From positions 14,407 through 48,438 of the forward strand of contig DEIW01000042.1 of the NCBI GenBank assembly GCA_002352705.1: DNA of 34,032 nt, read 5' to 3'. The notes below the pieces were generated by a model. It saw only the letters and a program-made list of their open reading frames with translations, did no database searches and had not been told where the DNA came from. Positions 8,684 through 17,348 of this stretch are shown piece after piece (position 1 is the stretch's first letter; every line of letters starts with the position of its first letter). Source of the DNA: Bacteroidales bacterium UBA2764. Its GTDB lineage: Bacteria; Bacteroidota; Bacteroidia; Bacteroidales; Paludibacteraceae. Position numbers and translations under genes: made by a program.

Positions 8684-10324
8684 ATGAACAAACCAATTAT
8701 TTATCAACTCTTCCCGCGTCTGTTCGGAAATTACAATGAGACACGCAAACGTTACGGGACAAAGGAAGAGAATGGTTGCGGGCGGTTTGTCGATATCAAC
8801 GAGCGTGCGCTCAAGTCAATAGCAGATTTGGGCGCTACGCATGTTTGGTATACAGGCGTCATCCGCCATGCAACCGCACAATACAACCACCCTGCCATCA
8901 CTAAAGGAATGGCAGGTTCGCCTTATGCCATCACCGATTATTATGATGTGGACCCCGATCTCGCCAAGAATGAAGCGAAACGCATGCAGGAGTTTGAGGC
9001 GTTGGTGAAACGGACCCATGATGCCGGTCTTGGTGTGCTGATAGATTTCGTGCCGAACCACGTCAGCCGCGAATATAAGAGTCTTTGCAAACCCGCCGGA
9101 GTGGTAGATCTGGGCGAGGGAGACCATCCCGAATGGGCATTCTCTCCGCTCAATAATTTCTATTACATGCCGGGTGAACGTTTTAGCATGGATAAGGATT
9201 TGCAGGGATACGAGGAGTTTCCCGCCAAGGTTACGGGTAACGACTGTTTCACCTCCCATCCGGGCGAGAACGACTGGTACGAGACCGTGAAACTGAACTA
9301 CGGTGTTTTCTATCAGGGCGGAAGAGAGAAACAGTTCGACCCAATCCCCAACACATGGGTGAAGATGCGTGATATCCTGCTCTTCTGGGCTGGTAAAGGC
9401 ATCGAAGGCGTGCGTGTGGATATGGCGGAGATGGTGCCTGTCGAGTTTTTCGCATGGGCTATCAAGGCAGTCCGCCGTAAGTACAAGAAATTCCTTTTCA
9501 TCGGAGAGTGCTATGACCCGAACCAGTATGACGCTTATCTGTCCGCCGGATTTGATTATCTCTACGACAAGGTAGGCATGTACGATTATCTGCGTGGCGT
9601 CACGAGCAAAGGATGGCCGGCAGAGGGCATAACCCACCAATGGATGCAGCACGGTGACGAGCGGATAAAACATATGCTTTATTTTCTTGAGAACCATGAC
9701 GAGCAACGTATCGCCAGCGGTTTCTTCTGCGGCAGCGGTCTATGTGCCGAACCGGCGATGATCGTAGCTGCTACGCTCAACCAGTGTCCTGTGATGATCT
9801 ATTCCGGTCAGGAGTTAGGCGAGCGTGGCATGGATATGGAGGGTTTCTCCGGCATTGACGGCCGGACAAGCATCTTCGATTACTGGGGCGTCAAGAGCCT
9901 CCAGGCATGGGCTAACAAAGGAAAGTTCGACGGCGCGCATCTCAATGAGGCGCAACGCGAGATACGCGCTTTCTACCAGCGTCTGCTGACTCTGGCGCGC
10001 GAAGACAAAGCAATCCAGAAAGGCAAGATGTATGATATCACCTATGCCCAGGGCGAAGGGTTTGACAAACGCCAGCATTTTGCTTTCCTCCGCCATGTAG
10101 CCGGAGAGACATTATTGGTGGTTGTCAATTTCCATGACCGCGAGCAGCAAATCAGTCTGCGGATTCCTAATGATGCCTTTGTCTATCTGGGTCTGGAAGG
10201 CAAAGCCAAAGCCACGGCTACCGACCTGTTAGGGGGCACCAAGATGACGGTAGATTTTACTCCGGACAGTCGCATCAATATCACACTCCATGCCTGGAAA
10301 GGAATGGTGCTCAAAATCAGGTAG
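8684..10324 (+). CDS. Alpha-amylase family (GH13) glycoside hydrolase, apparently cytoplasmic
   Basis: GH13 conserved regions are present: LIDFVPNHVS, GIEGVRVDMAEM, FIGECY, FLENHDEQR. No signal peptide is apparent. Confidence 0.85.
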   Translation: MNKPIIYQLFPRLFGNYNETRKRYGTKEENGCGRFVDINERALKSIADLGATHVWYTGVIRHATAQYNHPAITKGMAGSPYAITDYYDVDPDLAKNEAKRMQEFEALVKRTHDAGLGVLIDFVPNHVSREYKSLCKPAGVVDLGEGDHPEWAFSPLNNFYYMPGERFSMDKDLQGYEEFPAKVTGNDCFTSHPGENDWYETVKLNYGVFYQGGREKQFDPIPNTWVKMRDILLFWAGKGIEGVRVDMAEMVPVEFFAWAIKAVRRKYKKFLFIGECYDPNQYDAYLSAGFDYLYDKVGMYDYLRGVTSKGWPAEGITHQWMQHGDERIKHMLYFLENHDEQRIASGFFCGSGLCAEPAMIVAATLNQCPVMIYSGQELGERGMDMEGFSGIDGRTSIFDYWGVKSLQAWANKGKFDGAHLNEAQREIRAFYQRLLTLAREDKAIQKGKMYDITYAQGEGFDKRQHFAFLRHVAGETLLVVVNFHDREQQISLRIPNDAFVYLGLEGKAKATATDLLGGTKMTVDFTPDSRINITLHAWKGMVLKIR

Positions 10325-10337
10325 TACCTGAGTTTGC

Positions 10338-10394
10338 GTCATTTACCATTTTGTCATTTACTATTTTTTCATTTATTTAGACATTTAGTATTTT
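10338..10394 (+). repeat. Dispersed 'CATTTAC' element, copy 2
   Basis: gtcatttaccattttgtcatttactattttttcatttatttagacatttagtatttt. Confidence 0.85.
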
Positions 10395-10413
10395 GGAAAC
10401 AATTAGAGACATA

Positions 10414-11352
10414 ATGCGCCTGGTGAGGTGGAGTAATCTGCTCTTCCTCGCCGCGCTGGTTTGGCTGATGGAGAAATGGGTAGCAGTACCGATACTGAAC
10501 CAAGCCGCCTTCGGCGAGCAGTTGCCATGGTATATTCTCCTGTTGCTCATCGCTGCAACGGTGTGTATCGCAGCGGGCGGGTACGTCATCAATGATTATT
10601 TCGATGTCAAGATAGACCGCATCAACCGCCCGGACGAAGTAGTAGTGACGCGTACGGTATCCAAGCCTGCAGCGATGCGTCTGAGTCTCATCCTGAGCGG
10701 CGTGGGAATCGTCTTCGGAATAGCCGTGGCGGCGTATCTGCGCAGTATGACGATAGGTATTCTTTTTGTGTTGATACCCGGTCTGCTCTGGTTCTATTCC
10801 AGCAGTTACAAGCGGCTTTTCATGATAGGTAATGTCATCATCGCTTTGCTGGCAGGTCTGACGCCTATGTTGGTGGCGTTAGCCAATGTGGCACAACTGC
10901 AATTGCTCTATGCGTCCATCTTGCCCTATACCACCCTTGTCCGTGATCTGTATATGTGGCTGGGGGGATTTGCGCTCTTTGCTTTTCTGTTGACGTGGAT
11001 ACGTGAGATCATCAAAGACATGCAGGATCAGATGGGTGACCGCGAACTCGAGTGCCACTCCATGCCGGTGGTATGGGGCGACAAATGGACTAAAGTTTTC
11101 GTTACGGGTCTGATTGTTCTTACCCTTGCCGTGATAGGTCATCTATGGTATCATGTCCTGCCGTTTCCTATTGGTTGGACATCCCTCAGCACGCGTTATG
11201 TCTTTTTGGGCGTAGTCACTCCGATGCTGGGTGTTCTCTGGCTGCTATGGGCGGCAAAGATTCCGTCCGATTACAAAACATGCCAGCAACTCGTCAAGTT
11301 CACGATGCTGCTGGGCATGCTCTATAGTATCTGTATCGTTCGGGGTCTCTAA
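10414..11352 (+). CDS. UbiA-family prenyltransferase
   Basis: Polytopic membrane protein with both Asp-rich motifs, NDYFDVKIDRINRP and KDMQDQMGD. The start is taken at the ATG at 10414 (MRLVRWSNLL). The ORF track's 10393 is a TTG inside the repeat. Confidence 0.8.
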   Translation: MRLVRWSNLLFLAALVWLMEKWVAVPILNQAAFGEQLPWYILLLLIAATVCIAAGGYVINDYFDVKIDRINRPDEVVVTRTVSKPAAMRLSLILSGVGIVFGIAVAAYLRSMTIGILFVLIPGLLWFYSSSYKRLFMIGNVIIALLAGLTPMLVALANVAQLQLLYASILPYTTLVRDLYMWLGGFALFAFLLTWIREIIKDMQDQMGDRELECHSMPVVWGDKWTKVFVTGLIVLTLAVIGHLWYHVLPFPIGWTSLSTRYVFLGVVTPMLGVLWLLWAAKIPSDYKTCQQLVKFTMLLGMLYSICIVRGL

Positions 11353-11376
11353 CCCCCTATCCTCTAACTTCTCTTC

Positions 11377-12921
11377 TTACTTCAGCGCAATCACTTGTGC
11401 CTGCTGGTTATTCATTCCCGGCATGGTGCGTCCTACGCCCGCGTTGATATAAGTCGGGTCGCATACTACGTATTTGCGGTTCTTGTAGGTCAGATAATCG
11501 CCCCGCTCCTCTTTATTGAAAGCAACGGCGGATGCCAAGTGCCCCGGATAATACAGGAGCACAACGTCCAGTCCTACCAAGTCGCGCACCAGTCTGGAGA
11601 AGAGGATAGCGCGGTCCTCGCAGTCGCAGTAAGGATAATAGAGTGTCTCCTGGGCGAAGAAAGCGCGGTCGTGACCCCATACATCATCATCTACTTTGTA
11701 GGAGAAGGCCGTCTGAACCCAGTTCAACAAAATCTCCACAGCCTGGCGTTCCGTCATGCCGGCGATGGTTTTCTGGAGAGTCGGGTAGAGGGCGTTCTGA
11801 ATGGATTTATCCAACGGAGTGTTGGCGTAAGCTGCCCAACGGGTGCGGTAGTCGCCCTTGTAGCACGCCTGTGGATAGGTATTGAAGAAATCAATCAGGT
11901 TCTTATTCACGCTGACGGATGCCGTAACGCCTTTCTTGGATGTCAGGGTGCGTTTGGGAGTCGGTTCACTGGTGAACTTCGGCAGTTTGGTAATCTGCAT
12001 CGACAGCGATTTCTCTTTGTCGTATTTCGATTCGCAGATATGCATACTGGTGTTCTTGTCGCCGCTTACGATGTAGAATTTTGCGCCGTCGAGGGTGAAA
12101 TATTTGAGTCCGTAGATGTCATACAGACTGGCTACGAGCAGTTGCAGTTTGCCGTTGCCGTTTCCGAGGCGGATCCGGTATCCGGATTGCACGAGCAGGA
12201 AAGCCTGTGCAAGGGTGGCGGTGTTGCCTTTGCCATACTGTTTCTCGCATGCGATGCGTAGCATGTTCAGGTACGCCCAGTCGCAAAGAGCGTTCGCCTT
12301 GCGTGCGTCAAGGGCCGTCTTCACAGTGATGTCATATTTGCTGTCGGACAGAGTCTTCCATCCGTCGGCGATGGCGTTCTCGTCGCTGCCGTTGAGCTTG
12401 AGGTTATCCGTCATCGGGAATCCGATGGTGATGAGTGCGCCGTAATAGGCTATTGACACACGTTTGAAAGGTTCCTCTTTGGGCTGTACGGGCGCGATAG
12501 GTTCGGGCGCCGGGGCCGGAGTAGGAATAACAATCACCTTCGGCTGTACGGCGATGGGGGCTGATTTCTGCTGCAGATCCTCCTGGGGTACAGGGATAGA
12601 GTGGATTTGCTCTTTCTTGATAGGATCCTCTTCTGCGGGCTGAGGCTCCGGGGTAGGGGATTCGTATATTACCGGCGGGATTTCTTTCTCCTTTTTGGGC
12701 TGCTCAGCTTCCTGTGCGGGGAACTCAGCCCATGAGCGGCGCATGAACTCTGCATACTCTTCGTTCACACGGCGTCGGAAGGCGTCAAACTCTGCCTGCC
12801 GATCGTTCTTGAACTGGTTAAACTGGTTTTGTTGCTTTTGTCTAAATTGCTCAAAAGCATCCGTCTGCGCTGCCATCGGCAGAGCCATCAGAACGGAGAA
12901 GAAAAACGCAATTCTTTTCAT
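11377..12921 (-). CDS. Secreted protein with Pro-rich linker and C-terminal transglutaminase-like (Cys-His-Asp) domain
   Basis: Signal peptide MKRIAFFFSVLMALPMAAQ. The linker is rich in P/E/Q. The C-terminal ...YYPYCDCEDRAILFSRLVRDL...LLYYPGHLASAV...VVCDPTY fits a transglutaminase-core triad arrangement. Confidence 0.7.
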   Translation of the reverse strand: MKRIAFFFSVLMALPMAAQTDAFEQFRQKQQNQFNQFKNDRQAEFDAFRRRVNEEYAEFMRRSWAEFPAQEAEQPKKEKEIPPVIYESPTPEPQPAEEDPIKKEQIHSIPVPQEDLQQKSAPIAVQPKVIVIPTPAPAPEPIAPVQPKEEPFKRVSIAYYGALITIGFPMTDNLKLNGSDENAIADGWKTLSDSKYDITVKTALDARKANALCDWAYLNMLRIACEKQYGKGNTATLAQAFLLVQSGYRIRLGNGNGKLQLLVASLYDIYGLKYFTLDGAKFYIVSGDKNTSMHICESKYDKEKSLSMQITKLPKFTSEPTPKRTLTSKKGVTASVSVNKNLIDFFNTYPQACYKGDYRTRWAAYANTPLDKSIQNALYPTLQKTIAGMTERQAVEILLNWVQTAFSYKVDDDVWGHDRAFFAQETLYYPYCDCEDRAILFSRLVRDLVGLDVVLLYYPGHLASAVAFNKEERGDYLTYKNRKYVVCDPTYINAGVGRTMPGMNNQQAQVIALK

Positions 12922-12932
12922 ATCTTATGGAT

Positions 12933-13454
12933 TTATTCTTTGACGAAATAGTAGGTGGAACGTTTGTTGGTCTCCGCCATGGAGATATTCAGGCTGTCAA
13001 ACGCTTTGATGGTATAGATATGCGCAATGGGCACATCGCGGAAATCCATCGTCGAGTACTCATACAGGGTGTCGTTCGATTTTGTCCATCGAAACCATCC
13101 GTTGCCGTGAAAACTCAAGTCTTCCTCGAAGACCTCGTCACTCTCGTCCCATTCTTTCCCCCAATAATGGCCTTCGCCGTCATCGTCATCGTAATACACC
13201 TTGTACCAACCGTGGTTGTCCATGTTCTTCCATTTGCCTACCATCAACGGGTCGGCGGGTGGCATTTCGCCTACAAAATAGGTGACGATATTGGTGCTGT
13301 GTTCGTTCTCTATCTCTTCTCCTTCGGGAGACTCTTCATTTTTCTGGACGGGTGGCTCGCCGGTCTCCTCGTTGTGCCTCAACCACAAGGCAGCTCCGAC
13401 GGCAGCCGCTACCATCGCGAGACAGATAAGGAGTGTGATTGTTTGTTTTTTCAT
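12933..13454 (-). CDS. Hypothetical membrane-anchored/secreted acidic protein
   Basis: 173-aa ORF with N-terminal hydrophobic helix MKKQTITLLICLAMVAAAVGAALW. It ends 11 nt upstream of the next gene and has a consensus promoter upstream. Confidence 0.6.
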   Translation of the reverse strand: MKKQTITLLICLAMVAAAVGAALWLRHNEETGEPPVQKNEESPEGEEIENEHSTNIVTYFVGEMPPADPLMVGKWKNMDNHGWYKVYYDDDDGEGHYWGKEWDESDEVFEEDLSFHGNGWFRWTKSNDTLYEYSTMDFRDVPIAHIYTIKAFDSLNISMAETNKRSTYYFVKE

Positions 13455-13476
13455 ACAGGGTTGTGATAATCGGCTG

Positions 13477-13508
13477 CAAATATACTGCTTTTTTTTTATT
13501 TATGCAAA
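13477..13508 (-). promoter_or_regulatory. Bacteroides-type promoter for the 13454/12921 gene pair
   Basis: On the minus strand, TTTG (reverse complement of 13505-13508), then 20 nt, then TATATTTG (reverse complement of 13477-13484). The -7 box lies 23 nt upstream of the ATG at 13454. Confidence 0.6.
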
Positions 13509-13629
13509 TATTTTTTGCGTATGTGCGAAAAAAATTATATGTTTCTGCCAATTAGCAGCTGTTTTGCAGTCATTTACGTTACCACTCCGCTATCATCCTG
13601 AACGTTGTAGATGTATTTGAGGACTATTT

Positions 13630-14697
13630 TTAGTGTTGTATTTGTTGTTTAATGATTTGCGAGATTTTGGGAGAGATGGTTTTGTATGCATCACGTGCAG
13701 CTTTCTCAAAACTCTGTGTGTGTCCGCCCTTCTCGCTGATTTCGTTCTCGTAAATCCGTTGGCCGGTTGCCGTTTTTTCTACCGCGATATTGGCATCCAC
13801 ATATACGAAATAGGTACTCATACTGCCGAAATCCGCTTTGTTATGTTCCCGAGCCTGCGCAGTAACATAGACCGCCCAGTCTGCTTGGGTAGCGTTGTTC
13901 ACAAACGTGCAACCGAGTTTGGATAACTCGCCTTGAATCTCTGCTTTGAGAGTGGGGTAGTTGGCGGCAAACAACTTGGCATTGCAATTGAGATAGATGT
14001 TTATACCGTTTTTGAGCTCTGCAGCCATGCGGGTATATCGTTGCGTAAACTGTTTGGTCTCCGCCAATTGTAAACTCTCCGCATCCGCAGTCGGGTCAAC
14101 AGCTATCAGAATACGCTGCGCTTGTTCCAACTCTTGGAAAATAGGAACTACTTTCTTAATGCTTTCCCGTGCTTGCATTTTCTGACCTTGGCTAATCATC
14201 TCGTTAACTTGATCCAATGCGGTCTCTATTTTGGTAAGACTAACCGTAATCTTCTTCTCCATCTGCCGGATGAGGGTGGATTTCTTGACGTATGCAAATG
14301 CGGCTATTTCATTGCTGCTGGGGTTCTTCCATGCTTCTACTTGCAGTCCGGGAATCTCCAAATCCACCTTGGTTGTGATACGGCTATCCATGGTCTCGCG
14401 AATACTCTCAGCCCATGCATCCAAAGTTTCCATGCTTTCGGTGTGAGAATGGAGAGTAGTCTCGCTTTGTACGTGCGTGTTGATGGTGCTTAACGCTTCT
14501 ACACGTGCGGCACTTTTCAAGCGCTCCATGGCTTTACCGGTATTCTCTCCATTACGTACTTCTCCTAAAGCAATACCGGTAAAATACGAATCTTTGGGAT
14601 AATTCGTACTCCGCGAAGCGTCATCGTACCAATTGGGTTTTTGTGCTACCGCCGTCAGCGATAATGCAGAGAGCAAAAGGATTAATATTTTTTTCAT
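13630..14697 (-). CDS. Cluster protein I: secreted, N-terminal LPP20/FlgP-like domain, helical middle, C-terminal alpha/beta module
   Basis: The start is taken at MKKILILLLSALSLTAVAQ (ATG at 14697; the track's 14733 adds 12 aa). YFTGIALGE...GKAMERLKSAARVEALSTINTHVQSET fits the LPP20 pattern. Confidence 0.7.
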   Translation of the reverse strand: MKKILILLLSALSLTAVAQKPNWYDDASRSTNYPKDSYFTGIALGEVRNGENTGKAMERLKSAARVEALSTINTHVQSETTLHSHTESMETLDAWAESIRETMDSRITTKVDLEIPGLQVEAWKNPSSNEIAAFAYVKKSTLIRQMEKKITVSLTKIETALDQVNEMISQGQKMQARESIKKVVPIFQELEQAQRILIAVDPTADAESLQLAETKQFTQRYTRMAAELKNGINIYLNCNAKLFAANYPTLKAEIQGELSKLGCTFVNNATQADWAVYVTAQAREHNKADFGSMSTYFVYVDANIAVEKTATGQRIYENEISEKGGHTQSFEKAARDAYKTISPKISQIIKQQIQH

Positions 14698-14784
14698 CTG
14701 ATATATAGTTTTGTTTTTATAAACATTGTCCATTTCTCCGGCATGTCATGCCGGTGTCCACAACCACTATCCTATTGCTTTTAC

Positions 14785-16062
14785 TCACGGGAGGAGTACA
14801 ACGCGGAAGCCAATGAAGTTTCTGCGGCTGCTTGGTGAATCTCCAAGTCGCTCCGACACGCGGCAACAGCATGTAGCTCCAGAATACCAACTGCCACCTC
14901 GATGCACGCGCTCATCGTATGAAGGGTCTATAGGATTATTGACATTATAACAGTTGTCATAGCTATACCAGTCCTTACACCATTCCCTAACATTGCCAGA
15001 CATATCATATATTCCTAATTCATTCATTTTTTTTGTCCCACATTGATGTGCACTATGATTACTATTTTCACGTGTCCAAGCGACTTCATCAGGCAAATTA
15101 CTACCACTATATTTTGTTCGTGTTGATTTATCACCTCCTCGAGCAGCGTACTCCCATTGTGCTTCTGTCGGTAACGTATAAGTCTTTCCCGTTTTATTGC
15201 TTAGTATGCTGCAAAATTCTGTTGCTTCTTCCCAACTGATAAAATACATTGGGTAGTCTACCCCCACCCCATTGGTGTTTTTGTTGTTAGCATCGACAGC
15301 TTTGGACGATTGCTGATAAATAGAAGTACCCATCACTTTCTCCCATTGAGACTGCGTGACTTCCAACATTCCAATATAGAAACCATCCATTTTTACATGA
15401 CACACATTCTTCTCGTTGCTCCAACAATCATCTCCCTGCTCACTCGTGCATCCCATCATAAACTCTCCGCCTTCGACCCAAATCATCTTCATGTTGATGC
15501 CCCATGCATCTTCCGTAAAGTCATAGTTGACAGGTTGGCGTGGGAAAATGCCACTATTCTCTATATGTGACTTAACAAGAGAACCAGATATTTCACCTAG
15601 CATTTCCTTCGCTAATTGACCACATGCTATAGGTAGTGTACTATAATCTTCATTCTTAACATTCACATATTGTGTAGCAGGGTTGGTCATTTGACCAGTC
15701 TCTACATTAACTAAATAAGCCTCGATATATAGTTGTGTTCCATATTTCGTGATAGACGAAATACAAATGTACTGCGCACTTGTCATCACACCGATTTTCT
15801 TACGTTGCGCATCATCCACCATACCTGATTGTTGGAAACCCATCTCATTCAGCATAGCATCTATATCCATACGTGTTAAAACTTGGAAGTTAGATTGCCA
15901 GCCCAATGCTTTACGCAACTCTCCGCGCACCATACTTACTTCCATTGCATTACATGCAGTAGAACCGGGTACTGTCAATGGTTGAAGCAAGGCTATTTGG
16001 GCTTCTTCTGCTATAATAGTCATAGTAAATGCCGAGAGCAATATAATTAATAGTTTTTTCAC
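14785..16062 (-). CDS. Cluster protein H: signal peptide, shared N-module, FGE-sulfatase/SUMF1-fold domain
   Basis: GTG start overlaps the stop of G (GTGA at 16059-16062). N-module ...RMDIDAMLNEMGFQQSGMVDDAQRKKIGVMTSAQYI...LVNVETGQ. C-terminal MIWVEGGEFMMGC...LPTEAQWEYAARGG...YDMSGNVREWCKDWY...RGGSW...GFRVV. Confidence 0.8.
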   Translation of the reverse strand: MKKLLIILLSAFTMTIIAEEAQIALLQPLTVPGSTACNAMEVSMVRGELRKALGWQSNFQVLTRMDIDAMLNEMGFQQSGMVDDAQRKKIGVMTSAQYICISSITKYGTQLYIEAYLVNVETGQMTNPATQYVNVKNEDYSTLPIACGQLAKEMLGEISGSLVKSHIENSGIFPRQPVNYDFTEDAWGINMKMIWVEGGEFMMGCTSEQGDDCWSNEKNVCHVKMDGFYIGMLEVTQSQWEKVMGTSIYQQSSKAVDANNKNTNGVGVDYPMYFISWEEATEFCSILSNKTGKTYTLPTEAQWEYAARGGDKSTRTKYSGSNLPDEVAWTRENSNHSAHQCGTKKMNELGIYDMSGNVREWCKDWYSYDNCYNVNNPIDPSYDERVHRGGSWYSGATCCCRVSERLGDSPSSRRNFIGFRVVLLP

Positions 16063-16424
16063 TGCTGTTTTTCCAATAGTTGTTTTGCAAGAGATTTACA
16101 GACCTTTTGTATTTTCTTCAGCTTCAATTTGCATTGCTCATTGGCATATGCAAACGCAAGGGCAGACTCTACATCCAGGATTTTGCAGGAAATAAAACAG
16201 GAATCTCCTATGGGGCAAACTTCTATAATAAGTATGCATTGTCCACCGGTTTCTACCGGTTCCCACTCCTCCGAATTAACCAGCGCTTCTGTTAGTGAAG
16301 TTTTCAAGACATTAGCAATCGCTGCATCATCGCATTTCGGTTGCTGAATAGTGATTGTTTTCTTCTCTTGCGCTACCATAGCCAGCGAGAGGGCTGAAAG
16401 CAAAAAGATTAATATTTTTTTCAT
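16059..16424 (-). CDS. Cluster protein G: signal peptide plus abbreviated/degenerate N-module only
   Basis: The ATG at 16424 gives MKKILIFLLSALSLAMVAQEKKTITIQQP... It retains the first strand and the ...CKILDVES strand but lacks the FQRTG segment. The track's start at 16433 is a TTG. Confidence 0.6.
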   Translation of the reverse strand: MKKILIFLLSALSLAMVAQEKKTITIQQPKCDDAAIANVLKTSLTEALVNSEEWEPVETGGQCILIIEVCPIGDSCFISCKILDVESALAFAYANEQCKLKLKKIQKVCKSLAKQLLEKQQ

Positions 16425-16444
16425 ATGTTGCAAATATCGATTGT

Positions 16445-17335
16445 TTATTTAACAAGACGGATAGGTCGACCACCTTCACGGAGATTATCATTGATAAATA
16501 TATCCCTCGAACTAAAACCAATACCCCATGCATAAAGTGAACTCTTTGGTGTTGCAGACCAATAGTACCCATTCGTCCCTATACCTTTCACTATGCCATT
16601 GCCATAACGATAACCTGAAGCAGGTAGGAAAATGTATCTCCTACTTGGTCCTGTCACATTATAGCCATCGCCCGTCCATGTCCACTGACAAGAATTTTTC
16701 AATTCTTCCCACTGCTCTTTAGTCGGCAAATTACTTCTAAAAAGAGATATTGCTTGTTCGTATGTAAAGAAATCCCCTTCTTCATTTTCTGTTTTCCATA
16801 AGGTTCTACTTGGGAGACCTAAATCCACATAGTCTGAAGAGATATGGCTTTTAGTCATTGAGGTTTTCGGTGAGGATAAACTAAATAGTGACGCCGCCAT
16901 CTCCCTACATTTATTTTTTACAGATTCCGGTTTGAGTTCCATATAATCATCTACGGACTTATCATATTTGCCTGTTGTGACATTTAGAATCTTAATTATT
17001 GCCGACAAATATCCTTCATATGCACTCACCTCAGATACTAATACATAATCAACACCGGCTAGCTCACCCATCTTCTTAATTTGGGAATCATTTACGGCAC
17101 CGGTTCTTTGAAATGCTTGTTCTTTCTGAATCTGGTCAAAAGCTGAACGGTCATATGCTTCATATTCATTAGACGTTGTTACCGCTGATTCCATAGCTCC
17201 GCGCACCATTTGTCGGAAGAATACATTGACGCTATTGTCCCGACAAATAGGATCAAGCACCGCAACTGTTTTTTTGTTCTGCGCGACCACCGTTAGCGAG
17301 AGTGCCGAGAGCAAAATGATTAATAGTTTTTTCAT
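16445..17335 (-). CDS. Cluster protein F: signal peptide, shared N-module, FISUMP/DUF1566-like C-terminal domain
   Basis: The start is at MKKLLIILLSALSLTVVAQ (ATG at 17335). The track's 17458 would overlap gene E by 110 nt. N-module YEAYDRSAFDQIQKEQAFQRTGAVNDSQIKKMGELAGVDYVL. C-terminal LPTKEQWEELK, IFLPASGYRYG, NGYYWSATP, GRPIRLVK. Confidence 0.75.
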   Translation of the reverse strand: MKKLLIILLSALSLTVVAQNKKTVAVLDPICRDNSVNVFFRQMVRGAMESAVTTSNEYEAYDRSAFDQIQKEQAFQRTGAVNDSQIKKMGELAGVDYVLVSEVSAYEGYLSAIIKILNVTTGKYDKSVDDYMELKPESVKNKCREMAASLFSLSSPKTSMTKSHISSDYVDLGLPSRTLWKTENEEGDFFTYEQAISLFRSNLPTKEQWEELKNSCQWTWTGDGYNVTGPSRRYIFLPASGYRYGNGIVKGIGTNGYYWSATPKSSLYAWGIGFSSRDIFINDNLREGGRPIRLVK

Positions 17336-17348
17336 AATTCGTTCGTTA

